A stretch of DNA of 64,000 bases, from contig OZ244960.1 of the NCBI GenBank assembly GCA_965222605.1, positions 1,152,001-1,216,000 of the forward strand. Direction: 5' to 3'. The position numbers and the translations under genes were made by a program. The notes under the pieces were generated by a model. That model was not told the origin of the DNA. It did not search any database and worked only from the letters and a program-made list of their open reading frames with translations. Numbering within the stretch: position 1 is the first letter of the stretch; the number at the start of each line of letters is the position of its first letter. Below, piece after piece: positions 1 through 9,374 of this stretch. This stretch comes from Candidatus Latescibacterota bacterium. GTDB taxonomy: Bacteria > Latescibacterota > UBA2968.

Positions 1-3
1 CTT

Positions 4-819
4 GTGGCAAAGTCCAATCTAATTCAGCGCGTGTTGGCAGCCGCTGTTTTTGGTCCAGTTTTAGTGGTGCTATTCTGGTTGGGTGACTATTGGCTATTTG
101 TAATGTGGTGTGGTGTGGTCTCTATAGGCACCTGGGAATTTTATCGCCTGCTATCTCAAAAAGGGCTGCAACCCTGGACGGGATTTGGCATTGTTATATC
201 CCTCTCCTGGTGTGCTGTGGCATTTGTCATTGGGCCAAATGCTTTCGCATTTTTTTTTCTCGTATTATTGCTTTTGATGTTTAGCGTAGCTCTGTTTCGA
301 GACACCACAGGCTATCGCATGCTCAATGCTGGAGGCACACTTTTAGGTGTGCTTTACGTCGGTTTTTTGGGCAGTTTTGTTCTCATAGTGAGAAACTCAT
401 TGCCCTTTGGTGCGTCAGAACTTGCTGTTCTCATCTTACTGGGGATTTGGGCCAATGATACGATGGCCTATTTTTTTGGACGGTGGTTTGGTCGATGGCA
501 CCCCTTTCCCTCCATCAGCGCGGCAAAGACTGAAGCCGGATTCATCGGTGGTCTTCTATCTGCTCTTCTCGTCATAGGACTTGGCGCGCAGGTACTTGAG
601 TTATTTAATATAACCCAAAGCCTCATACTCGGCCTTCTCATTGGCATTGGGGCATCTTTGGGGGACCTCGTTGAATCCATGATCAAACGCGATATGGACG
701 TCAAAGATACATCGGACTTGATCCCCGGGCACGGTGGCGTGCTGGATCGCTTTGACAGTGTTTTTTTTGTTTTTCCGCTTGTTTATATTTATTTTCAACT
801 AATAGCCAGTAGCCAGTAG
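4..819 (+). CDS. cdsA: phosphatidate cytidylyltransferase
   Basis: Polytopic membrane protein with DTMAYFFG, SAAKT-EG-like and KRDMDVKDTSDLIPGHGGVLDRFDS motifs; lies upstream of dxr. Confidence 0.95.
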   Translation: MAKSNLIQRVLAAAVFGPVLVVLFWLGDYWLFVMWCGVVSIGTWEFYRLLSQKGLQPWTGFGIVISLSWCAVAFVIGPNAFAFFFLVLLLLMFSVALFRDTTGYRMLNAGGTLLGVLYVGFLGSFVLIVRNSLPFGASELAVLILLGIWANDTMAYFFGRWFGRWHPFPSISAAKTEAGFIGGLLSALLVIGLGAQVLELFNITQSLILGLLIGIGASLGDLVESMIKRDMDVKDTSDLIPGHGGVLDRFDSVFFVFPLVYIYFQLIASSQ

Positions 820-860
820 CCAGTTTCCCATACCAAAAAGTATTACAACTGACAACTGAA
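803..860 (+). repeat. heptamer-periodic inverted element E1: (TAGCCAG)3 ... (ACAACTG)2
   Basis: TAG at 803, 810 and 817 (three frames; the last is the cdsA stop). CAGTAGCCAGTT matches the reverse complement of AACTGACAACTG at 10/12 positions. dxr ATG is at 865. Confidence 0.7.
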
Positions 861-864
861 TTTT

Positions 865-2019
865 ATGATAAAACGCGTTGCCCTTCTCGGATCCACAGGC
901 TCTATCGGTACAAACACACTGCGTGTTCTGAATAGCCTACCCAACCGATTTGAACTGGTGAGTTTATGTGCCGGAAGCAATGCCGAGTTGCTGTGTAAAC
1001 AAGCCGAGCACTGGCGCCCTAAGCGCGTTTGTATTGCCCAGGGGGCAAAAGAGGTGCAGGCGCGTCTTGCCCCACTGGGCATTGAAGTACTCGAAGGCAG
1101 CGCGGGCTTACAGGACCTATCAGTCGATCCCGATGCCGACCTGATAATTAACGGCCTGGCGGCAGGCGTGGGGCTGCGCCCTACGCTATCTGCTGTGCGC
1201 GCGGGCAAAGATGTGGCAATTGCCAACAAAGAGACGCTGGTTGTCGCCGGGCATCTGGTAACTGCCTGGGCCAAACAGACGGGTGCCACATTATTGCCGA
1301 TTGACAGTGAGACAACGCCGCTGTGGCAATCATTACAAGAGACGAATCGAGAAGAGGTCAAACGCATTTTACTGCCCGCCTCGGGCGGTCCCTTTTTTGA
1401 CTATACGCAAAAACAAATGGCGAGTGTTTCACGCGATCAGGCACTCAACCATCCCACCTGGCAGATGGGGCCAAAAATTACGATTGACTCGGCTACATTG
1501 ATGAATAAAGGCTTTGAAGTGATCGAAGCACAATGGTTTCTCGATTTGCCAGTCTCGAAAATTGATGTGATTATTCATCGGCAGTCTATTGTGCATTGTC
1601 TTATCGAATACGTGGATGGCAGCATGATGGCGCACCTGAGTACACCCGATATGCAGTTGCCAATTCAGCAGGCCCTGGTGCATCCCGAAAAGCTGCCCAC
1701 ACAGGTTGAACCCCTGGATCTGACAAAGGTCGGCACATTGAGTTTTTTTCAGCCCGATACAGAGCGATTTCCCTGTCTTCAATTGGCATATCAGGCCGTA
1801 GAACAGGGCGGAACTGCGCCCGCTGTACTCAATGCTGCCAATGAAGTCGCCGTGTATGCTTTTCTCGATGGCCGCATCGGATTTCTCGATATCCCTCGTG
1901 TGATTGCACAAGCTCTTGATGAGCACGAGGCATACGAAGATACCCTCGAGGCGATTTTTGATGCGGACCGCTGGGGACGAGACCGCGCAAATGAGCTGAT
2001 TTGTTCACTTGAATCATAG
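865..2019 (+). CDS. dxr: 1-deoxy-D-xylulose 5-phosphate reductoisomerase
   Basis: LGSTGSIG, ANKE, ASGGPF, HPTWQMGPKITIDSATLMNKG and NAANE motifs. Confidence 0.96.
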   Translation: MIKRVALLGSTGSIGTNTLRVLNSLPNRFELVSLCAGSNAELLCKQAEHWRPKRVCIAQGAKEVQARLAPLGIEVLEGSAGLQDLSVDPDADLIINGLAAGVGLRPTLSAVRAGKDVAIANKETLVVAGHLVTAWAKQTGATLLPIDSETTPLWQSLQETNREEVKRILLPASGGPFFDYTQKQMASVSRDQALNHPTWQMGPKITIDSATLMNKGFEVIEAQWFLDLPVSKIDVIIHRQSIVHCLIEYVDGSMMAHLSTPDMQLPIQQALVHPEKLPTQVEPLDLTKVGTLSFFQPDTERFPCLQLAYQAVEQGGTAPAVLNAANEVAVYAFLDGRIGFLDIPRVIAQALDEHEAYEDTLEAIFDADRWGRDRANELICSLES

Positions 2020-2021
2020 AA

Positions 2022-3359
2022 ATGAGGTTTCCCGTGATCGTCGATCTTCTCTACTTCTTTTTTGTTTTAGGCGTGCTGGTTTTTGTTCACGAACTTGGGC
2101 ATTTTTTGGTGGCTAAAAAATCGGGCATCAGGGTTGAAGCCTTTTCACTGGGATACCCGCCCAAAGCCGTGGGTGTGCAAATTGGTGAGACCGAATACTG
2201 CCTTTCGTGGTTGCCATTAGGGGGATATGTCAAAGTCGCTGGCATGGCCGATTTCGGTCACGAAGAAGGCAAGGGAAAGCCCTGGGAATTTCAGTCCAAG
2301 CCGCGATGGATTCAGATGGCAGTGATGGTTGCCGGTCCGGCAATGAACTTTTTTTTGGGCTTTTTACTATTGCTCATTCTGCGTATGGCGGCAGGTGAAT
2401 ACGCTTTTTTGGACGATTCACGCGTGGGTGAAGTTAAGACAGACTCGCCCTTCTATACGGCTGGGCTAAGGCCTGGAGACCGCATTTTGACCGTTGGAAA
2501 TACAGCGATAAATGACTGGGAAGAAATGTCAGATGCGTTTCTCCTTCACGCCGGTGACGTCGTGCCCGTTGAAATTGAACGCACACCTGCCTACCAAACA
2601 GACAGGACTGAGCGATTGACGATTTCTGTCGATTTGACCTCCCCCCCTCGCGAAGGCCTGGGACTGGGATATTATATGACCACAGAGGTTGGAGCCGCAA
2701 TGCCCGGAATGCCAGCCGCAGAAATTGACCTGCAACCGGGCGATGTAATTACATCGGTCAATGGTGTCCCGGTGACGATGTGGTGGGAGATGAGCCGCGA
2801 GATTTCTGCGCAACCCGGTGTGGAAATCTCTTTGACCTGGCAGCGCAATGGCGAAGAGATGACGGCGCAGATTATTCCCTCTTCTCAAACTTTTAATGGC
2901 GAAACCGTAGGCCGCATTGGCATTGATTCGGCCTCCAAACGCAACCCCATTCCCTTTTTTAAAGCCGTGCGCCGCAGCGCATCAGAAACCATCATTTTGT
3001 CAACGGCTATTTTTGGATTTGTCAAAGACCTGGTCATAGGACAACAATCCAGCAGTGCTCTGGCCGGACCTGTGGGAATTTTCCAGATGGTGGGACAAAG
3101 TGCTGAGCGCGGTTTTTCCTATCTGCTGTGGTTTATGGCCATGCTCAGCATTAACCTGGGCGTGCTCAACCTGCTGCCCATTCCCATGCTCGACGGCGGC
3201 CATCTCACCATTCTCACGATAGAAGGCATTATTCGCCGAGATTTATCTGCGCGACACAAAGCCTGGCTTCAGCAAGCCGGATTTGCATTTTTGCTCTTCC
3301 TGGTTATTTACGTAACCTTCAACGATATCGGGCGCATTTCCGGATGGTTTGGAAACTAA
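2022..3359 (+). CDS. rseP: RIP metalloprotease RseP with PDZ domains
   Basis: HELGH, PLGGYV and NLLPIPMLDGG motifs; two PDZ-like segments; conserved cdsA-dxr-rseP order. Confidence 0.94.
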   Translation: MRFPVIVDLLYFFFVLGVLVFVHELGHFLVAKKSGIRVEAFSLGYPPKAVGVQIGETEYCLSWLPLGGYVKVAGMADFGHEEGKGKPWEFQSKPRWIQMAVMVAGPAMNFFLGFLLLLILRMAAGEYAFLDDSRVGEVKTDSPFYTAGLRPGDRILTVGNTAINDWEEMSDAFLLHAGDVVPVEIERTPAYQTDRTERLTISVDLTSPPREGLGLGYYMTTEVGAAMPGMPAAEIDLQPGDVITSVNGVPVTMWWEMSREISAQPGVEISLTWQRNGEEMTAQIIPSSQTFNGETVGRIGIDSASKRNPIPFFKAVRRSASETIILSTAIFGFVKDLVIGQQSSSALAGPVGIFQMVGQSAERGFSYLLWFMAMLSINLGVLNLLPIPMLDGGHLTILTIEGIIRRDLSARHKAWLQQAGFAFLLFLVIYVTFNDIGRISGWFGN

Positions 3360-3390
3360 AGCTCCTTAGATATACCAGAGATTGAACGAC

Positions 3391-3428
3391 AAAATCCCCC
3401 GCAAAAAAATGTGGGGGATTTTTTATTT
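3391..3428. terminator. intrinsic terminator, probably bidirectional
   Basis: AAAATCCCCCGC...GTGGGGGATTTT stem followed by a T-run, between convergent genes. Confidence 0.8.
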
Positions 3429-3463
3429 CCAAACAGCAGCCCACCCAGCCTCCAGTCCCCAGC

Positions 3464-3491
3464 CTTTCACGTTTTACGTCTCACTTCTCAC
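3464..3491 (-). repeat. heptamer element E2 (single arm): GTGAGAA GTGAGAC GTAAAAC GTGAAAG on the minus strand
   Basis: Four 7-nt units, each with TGA or TAA; the second supplies the stop of the 3481..3822 gene. Confidence 0.7.
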
Positions 3492-3822
3492 CCTTGTTTC
3501 TAGTCTTTTGAAATGCTTTCATCTCACGCTCTGCGTTCTCGCCAAATCGCTGCTGAATCAGGACAATAAGCGCATCCCATTTTTCAGGATGATCTCGACA
3601 ATCTTTGAGAAATTTCTCAATATCGGCTTGTGTAACACCATGGCGTTTGAACAATTTTTTTCGTTCTACCAGCAGCGAATCGGGCGCGTGTACATAATGG
3701 CGATGAAGTTCCATAGCATCTGAAAATAGCTCGATAAATTTCTTATCCGATAGCTTTGGCGATGAAGCGATCGCGCATCCAACCGCACTGAGCAAAAGGC
3801 ACCAGAGGAGCAGTTTTTTCAT
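3481..3822 (-). CDS. hypothetical lipoprotein
   Basis: MKKLLLWCLLLSAVGC signal peptide with lipobox-like Cys; short helical body. Confidence 0.7.
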   Translation of the reverse strand: MKKLLLWCLLLSAVGCAIASSPKLSDKKFIELFSDAMELHRHYVHAPDSLLVERKKLFKRHGVTQADIEKFLKDCRDHPEKWDALIVLIQQRFGENAEREMKAFQKTRNKGEK

Positions 3823-3926
3823 AATAGAGTTCCAGGGGAATCGCACGGCGGCCCTTACGTAACACCTTCAAAATATCCTGTAATAACACGTACATATAAA
3901 TAACTTATTTTTTCTATATAAAACAA

Positions 3927-3955
3927 TTGACTTTTGAAACGCGAATTACTAAGTT
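3927..3955 (+). promoter_or_regulatory. sigma70-type promoter of the dcw operon
   Basis: TTGACT-17 nt-TAAGTT upstream of mraZ. Confidence 0.65.
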
Positions 3956-3960
3956 AAGCC

Positions 3961-3996
3961 AAGTGTCATATTGTGGTGGATTGTGGTGGATTGTGA
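3961..3996 (+). promoter_or_regulatory. MraZ operator boxes (GTG-core repeats at 10-bp spacing)
   Basis: aaGTGtcata ttGTGGtgga ttGTGGtgga ttGTGa directly after the promoter; MraZ is known to bind 10-bp-spaced GTGG-type repeats. Confidence 0.8.
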
Positions 3997-4049
3997 TTTT
4001 TAGCATATCACTTTGTAAAATAATAATTTATCTCCCTCAGGCTTCCCAG

Positions 4050-4496
4050 ATGTCCGATAACCGTCCACAGTTTTATGGGGACTTTGAAAATATCCCTATC
4101 GATACCAAAGGTCGCTTAATCGTTCCCGCAGCGTTTCGGAACGCGCTACCCAATGGCGTTACTTCAATTATCGTCACGCAGTGGTTTGATGGTTGTTTGG
4201 CCGCGTTTGACCCCGATGGATGGCGGCGGCTCATTGATCGACTCCGTAACATGGGATACTCACAAGTCCAGTCAAGACAATTAGTTAGAGCAATGGCAGG
4301 GCGTGCATCTGAGGTAAAACTCGACCGCCAGGGACGTGCATTGATCCCCCGAAAGCGTCTGGATTCGGTCGGTATTACAGATCGCGCAACGCTGACAGGC
4401 GTTGTTGATTGTATTGAAATTTGGGATCCCGATCAGTATAACGAAGCTCAAAATGACGTCGATATGGAAGCCTTAGGAGAAATATTAGGACGGTAA
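4050..4496 (+). CDS. mraZ: transcriptional repressor MraZ
   Basis: IDTKGRLIVPAAFR, LDRQGRALIP and IEIWD motifs; start moved to ATG 4050 because the longer ORF overlaps the promoter and operator. Confidence 0.93.
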   Translation: MSDNRPQFYGDFENIPIDTKGRLIVPAAFRNALPNGVTSIIVTQWFDGCLAAFDPDGWRRLIDRLRNMGYSQVQSRQLVRAMAGRASEVKLDRQGRALIPRKRLDSVGITDRATLTGVVDCIEIWDPDQYNEAQNDVDMEALGEILGR

Positions 4497-4573
4497 AGAA
4501 TATTCCAATATTCAGAATAAATATTCAGAATAAATATTCCAATCATAGATAATCAAATTAAAAACAATAAATT

Positions 4574-5548
4574 ATGCACAAAAAGGCCCCAGAGTATCAC
4601 ATTCCGATCTTGGGGCCAGATGTGTCAAAAAGTCTCATAACCGACCCCAATGGAATTTATGTCGATGCGACTTTGGGCGGAGGTGGACACGCTGAAATTG
4701 TGCTCAAGCATCTGGGACCTGATGGCAAATTGATCGGCATTGACCGCGATCCCAAAGCCATCGAAGTCGCGACAAAACGTCTGACTCCATTCAAAGATCG
4801 GGTTTATACAGTGCAAGCACCGTTTTGGAATCTCCGACACATTTTGGCAGAACAGGACCTTGCGACAATCACGGGCATTTTATTTGATCTGGGTCTCTCA
4901 TCTCACCAGATTGACAATGCCGACCGAGGGTTCAGTTTTCAGCAACGCGGTGCGCTCGATATGCGTATGGGACCCGATGCAAAATGCACGGCCCACGAGG
5001 TGGTCAATTCGTATTCGCAGAAAAATTTGACCCGCATCATCAAAACTTATGGTGAAGAACGCGCTGCTGCCCGCATTGCCCGAGCAATCTGCGAAAACAG
5101 ACCTCTTAATTATACGGACGACCTGGCCGATATAATTGTGCGGCACAGCTATGGGCCTCGAAAACAAAAGACCCTTGCGCGAGTATTTCAGGCACTTCGC
5201 ATTGAAGTGAACGACGAATTGACACACCTTGAAGACGCGCTCCAAACAGCTATTGATCTGCTCAAACCCGGTGGGCGCATTGGCGTTTTGTCTTATCATT
5301 CGCTGGAACACCGCGCTGTCAAACGGGTTTTTGAACTGGGCGTGCGCGATTGTATCGGGCCTGTGGATCTGCCCTTATGTGCCTGTGATCGCTTGCCCGT
5401 ATTGACCTTGCCGAGAAAGCGAGTCATTCGACCAAATCAGGCGGAAATCGCCCAAAATCCACGGGCACGCAGCGCAACACTTCGCTTGGCGCAACGTCTC
5501 GGTGTTTCCGCTCAGCCCTGGTTATGCCATCGAGGACCTCTGTCGTGA
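4574..5548 (+). CDS. rsmH: 16S rRNA m4C1402 methyltransferase
   Basis: YVDATLGGGGHA, DLGLSSHQID, LDMRM, FQALRIEVNDEL and NPRARSA motifs. Confidence 0.96.
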   Translation: MHKKAPEYHIPILGPDVSKSLITDPNGIYVDATLGGGGHAEIVLKHLGPDGKLIGIDRDPKAIEVATKRLTPFKDRVYTVQAPFWNLRHILAEQDLATITGILFDLGLSSHQIDNADRGFSFQQRGALDMRMGPDAKCTAHEVVNSYSQKNLTRIIKTYGEERAAARIARAICENRPLNYTDDLADIIVRHSYGPRKQKTLARVFQALRIEVNDELTHLEDALQTAIDLLKPGGRIGVLSYHSLEHRAVKRVFELGVRDCIGPVDLPLCACDRLPVLTLPRKRVIRPNQAEIAQNPRARSATLRLAQRLGVSAQPWLCHRGPLS

Positions 5549-5838
5549 CTTCGGAACCGCGCCCACCCTGGGGGATTTATCGTTCTGGTTTTTTATCGGT
5601 CATTCTCCTCGTTGCGGGATTGCTGGTTTATATGTCTGGACATGTACAAACCCTGAATCAGGGGCGTGAAATTGATCGGCTGCGAGCAGAAAAAAAAACC
5701 CTTTTGCATCAGCAAGAGCGACTCCTGGCACGCACAGCGAGTTTGAAGCAGAGCAATCGCATTCGCGATATTGCCGTTCGAGAATTGGGGATGGTGTTCC
5801 CAAGTGATCCACCGAAAAATTTATATTTGAGTCGATAA
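5524..5838 (+). CDS. ftsL: cell division protein FtsL
   Basis: Single TM plus coiled coil ending RIRDIAVRELGM; lies between rsmH and ftsI. Confidence 0.8.
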   Translation: MPSRTSVVTSEPRPPWGIYRSGFLSVILLVAGLLVYMSGHVQTLNQGREIDRLRAEKKTLLHQQERLLARTASLKQSNRIRDIAVRELGMVFPSDPPKNLYLSR

Positions 5839-7916
5839 TGAATAATCGCTTAAGAATAATCGCGCTTTTCGGTATGGGATTCGCGCTACTTTTGGCGTTT
5901 CGACTGGTTTCTCTACAAGTCTGGTCAGTAGAGGCATACACAGATCAGGCGCGCAGTCAGCATGTTAAGAAGCGGGTTCTACTGGCAGAAAGAGGACACA
6001 TTTTTGACCGGCGCGGCCGAGTAATGGCGACAAACTTCGAATCCCAATCGTTCTTTCTCAATCAAATATCCGATAAGGACAGCCTGCGCGCACTCGCCGT
6101 TCGGTTTTCTCGACAATCTGGGCACGATGAAGCAGCTCTCCTGAAAAAGGTCGATCGATCGCGCTCCTTCGTATGGCTCGCCCGTCAGGTCATTGATGCA
6201 CCTACCGGATTGCCAGAAGGGATCGGGCGCATTGTCGAGATGCGGCGCAATTATCCCATGGGGACTCTGGCGGGTCAGGTATTGGGATATACCGATACCG
6301 ATGGCCTGGGAATTGAAGGGATTGAACGCGCTTTTGATCCAATCTTGAGAGGTGAACCAGGTGAATTATCCGCACGCGTTGATGCGCGAGGTCAAATGCT
6401 CAGCACGCTCGGCGCAGTTCGACAGAGGCCAAAAAATGGCGATGATATCACCCTCACCATCGATGTCGATTATCAGGCCATTGCGGAAGAAGAGTTGCTA
6501 AAAGGCATGCAGAAATTCAATGCCAAAAGCGGCGTTGCCATTGTGATGATGCCCCATACGGGCGAAATTTTAGCACTGGCAAACGCGCCTTTTTATGATC
6601 CAAATGATTTTTCAAAATCAGAACTCTGGATACGGCGCAATCGGGCGGCGACCGATCAGTTCGAGCCGGGTTCTACCTTTAAGATTGCGGCATTTGCCGC
6701 CGCGCTTGAAGCCGGTTTGGTTGAGCCGGAAGATAAAATTTTCTGTGAAAACGGCAGAATGCGTATTGCTGGCGGCAAGGTACTTCGAGATTCACATCCC
6801 AGTGGCTGGCTGACCGTCCGAGAGGTGATGGAAGAATCGAGCAATATTGGCACGGCTAAAATTGCACGTAAAGTAAAAAAAGGTCCCTTATTTCGCCAGA
6901 TGCGCTTGTTTGGCTTTGGCTCCAAAACAGGCGTGGATTTACCGGGCGAAGTCGGCGGTCAACTTCGGCATCCAGATGCGTGGTCTGCCCGATCTCTCGA
7001 AACCATTTCTATTGGGCAAGAGATCGCCGTGACCGCCCTTCAGGTCGCCACTGCTTATGGCGCGATAGCCAATGGGGGGCGCTTGATGACGCCGCGTATT
7101 TTTTTAAAAGCTTCTCGCAAAGATTCTACAACGGCCGAAGGATCGCCCAGACCAATTCGACGGGTGATATCGCCCGAAACAGCGCGTACACTTACCAGTT
7201 TCCTCGAGGGCGTTGTCAGCCACGGCACAGGTAAAAATGCGCGCATACCCGGTTATCGGGTCGCGGGAAAAACCGGAACAGCACAACAAGTGAAAGAAGG
7301 ACAACCCGGATACGATCCCAATCGCTACATTCCGTCTTTTGTGGGATTTTTACCCGTCGAGCGCCCTGAACTGCTGTGCCTGGTGGCCATAGATAGCCCC
7401 CAAAAGGTCCACTATGCCAGTCAGGTTGCCGCACCTGTATTTCGCAACATTGTAAAGCGAATTTTGAGCCTGCGGCAAACCCCTCTGCGCCACAGTGCTC
7501 CTTTGCTCGATGAACAGCCGCCTCCGCCTCCACGCGCCGACATCCATCTGGTGGGCCTTTCGCGCAAAGCTGCAACAGATGCTTTGAAACGCCTGGGAAT
7601 GACCTATCAAATTGCGGGTGAAGGGGACCGCGTTGTTGGACAGCATATCGACATTGAAGAAAATAATGTCTCGTTGTTTTTGGCTTCTGCACCAATCGCC
7701 ACCCCCGATCACCGCACAGAGGTCAAAGGTTCAGAGTCGCTTTACATGCCCGATTTGCGCGGAGTACCCGTGCGGCAGGCAGTTGCAACTGTGACACAGC
7801 TGGGGTTTCAGATCAAAATTTCGGGTAGTGGGCGGGTGATCGCACAGTCGCCCGAACCGGGATTACCCGTAAAACCGGGAACAGTGTGCACGGTCGAATG
7901 CAAACGAGAAAGCTGA
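5838..7916 (+). CDS. ftsI: penicillin-binding protein FtsI (PBP3) with C-terminal PASTA domain(s)
   Basis: EPGSTFK (SxxK), SSN and GKTGT motifs; N-terminal TM; PASTA-like C-terminus. Confidence 0.93.
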   Translation: MNNRLRIIALFGMGFALLLAFRLVSLQVWSVEAYTDQARSQHVKKRVLLAERGHIFDRRGRVMATNFESQSFFLNQISDKDSLRALAVRFSRQSGHDEAALLKKVDRSRSFVWLARQVIDAPTGLPEGIGRIVEMRRNYPMGTLAGQVLGYTDTDGLGIEGIERAFDPILRGEPGELSARVDARGQMLSTLGAVRQRPKNGDDITLTIDVDYQAIAEEELLKGMQKFNAKSGVAIVMMPHTGEILALANAPFYDPNDFSKSELWIRRNRAATDQFEPGSTFKIAAFAAALEAGLVEPEDKIFCENGRMRIAGGKVLRDSHPSGWLTVREVMEESSNIGTAKIARKVKKGPLFRQMRLFGFGSKTGVDLPGEVGGQLRHPDAWSARSLETISIGQEIAVTALQVATAYGAIANGGRLMTPRIFLKASRKDSTTAEGSPRPIRRVISPETARTLTSFLEGVVSHGTGKNARIPGYRVAGKTGTAQQVKEGQPGYDPNRYIPSFVGFLPVERPELLCLVAIDSPQKVHYASQVAAPVFRNIVKRILSLRQTPLRHSAPLLDEQPPPPPRADIHLVGLSRKAATDALKRLGMTYQIAGEGDRVVGQHIDIEENNVSLFLASAPIATPDHRTEVKGSESLYMPDLRGVPVRQAVATVTQLGFQIKISGSGRVIAQSPEPGLPVKPGTVCTVECKRES

Positions 7917-7919
7917 GAT

Positions 7920-9374
7920 ATGCGCCTGCGAGAATTGCTATCCGACGTGCCAGATGTCGTGAGGATGCGTGGGAATAACCCCGATCTTGGAGGTATCGCA
8001 ACCCATTCGGGGCGCGTCAAAGAAGGCGATGTATTTGTCGCGCTCAGTGGCGATGGCGACATTGCAGATCGACATCCATTTATTTTTCAGGCGATTCAGG
8101 CGGGTGCCCGAGCCGTTATTGCCGAACGCGATGTCGATTTGGGAAATACGGCTTTTGTTCAAACGGCCAACACGCACCGCGCACTTGCACACATTGCCCG
8201 TCGTTTTTACAGCAAGCCGAGTGAACAGTTGAAGATGATCGGTGTGACGGGCACCAATGGCAAAACATCGACCGTTTATCTCATTCGCGCGGTGCTCGAT
8301 GCGGCTGGTTTTGCACCGGGTTTGATTGGAACTATTGAACATGACCTCGGCACAACACGCGAAATATCGCACAATTCTACGCCGCAGGCACACGACTTAC
8401 ACCGCATGTTTCGCGCAATGGTCGATGCGGGCTGCCGGGCAGCTGCGATGGAAGTGACATCACACGGGCTGGCGCAAAACCGCGTGTTGGGCATTGATTA
8501 CGAAGTTGCGGTATTTACCAACTTGACGCGCGATCATCTGGATTATCACAACACGCCCGACGCCTATTTGGCTGCTAAGGCACGGCTCTTTGACAATCTC
8601 AGGTCGGATGCTTACGCAGTCGTCAATACAGACGACGCGGCATCGAAAATATTGATGCAAAAATGTTCGGCACACTTGTTGCGCTATGGGCGCGCAGAAG
8701 ATGCGACAGTGCGCATTTTGGAGGGTAGCACTTCACAGGACGGTACACGACTTTGCTTGCAAACACCACACGGACAGATGGACCTGGAACTGGCACTTCG
8801 GGGCGATTTTCAATTGTACAATGCCACTGCGGCTGTCACTGCTGGCCTCGCATTGGAGATCGAACCTGACATCATCGCAGATGCTTTGCGCGAGATTCGG
8901 ATTCCAGGTCGTTTTGAAGGCATTGATTGCGGGCAAAATTTTGGGGTATATGTCGATTATGCACACGCGCCAGACGGACTGAAAAATGTGCTTCAAACCG
9001 CACGCGCATTTGCCCGCGGGCAATTGATTTGCGTATTTGGGTGCGGCGGGGATCGCGACAAGGGCAAGCGCCCTGTAATGGGCGACCTATCTGCGCGGTT
9101 GGCCGATCTGTCTGTGGTAACATCAGATAATCCACGTACTGAAGACCCCGATGCCATCATTGCCGATATTTTGCCCGGCCTGGGCGATGCCCCGCACATC
9201 GTTGAACCCAATCGCCGACGGGCAATTGAAAAGGCCATTGCAAAAGCGCGAGCGGGCGACCTTGTGCTCATTGCGGGCAAGGGGCATGAAAATTATCAGG
9301 AAATTAATGGGATTAAAACCCCCTTTGACGATCGGGAAGTTGCACGAGAAATACTCAAGTGCAAAGTGGAGTGA
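7920..9374 (+). CDS. murE: UDP-MurNAc-tripeptide synthetase (meso-DAP type)
   Basis: GVTGTNGKTS, DHLDYH, DYAH, GCGGDRD, DNPR and AGKGHE motifs. Confidence 0.96.
   Translation: MRLRELLSDVPDVVRMRGNNPDLGGIATHSGRVKEGDVFVALSGDGDIADRHPFIFQAIQAGARAVIAERDVDLGNTAFVQTANTHRALAHIARRFYSKPSEQLKMIGVTGTNGKTSTVYLIRAVLDAAGFAPGLIGTIEHDLGTTREISHNSTPQAHDLHRMFRAMVDAGCRAAAMEVTSHGLAQNRVLGIDYEVAVFTNLTRDHLDYHNTPDAYLAAKARLFDNLRSDAYAVVNTDDAASKILMQKCSAHLLRYGRAEDATVRILEGSTSQDGTRLCLQTPHGQMDLELALRGDFQLYNATAAVTAGLALEIEPDIIADALREIRIPGRFEGIDCGQNFGVYVDYAHAPDGLKNVLQTARAFARGQLICVFGCGGDRDKGKRPVMGDLSARLADLSVVTSDNPRTEDPDAIIADILPGLGDAPHIVEPNRRRAIEKAIAKARAGDLVLIAGKGHENYQEINGIKTPFDDREVAREILKCKVE

Noticed and set aside
3382-3723. Plus-strand 113-aa ORF after rseP
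   Set aside because: It runs through a terminator and repeat E2 and is antisense to a better-supported lipoprotein gene.
3961-3996. 10-bp direct repeats considered as a CRISPR or novel repeat
   Set aside because: No spacers; position and GTGG core match known MraZ operator boxes.
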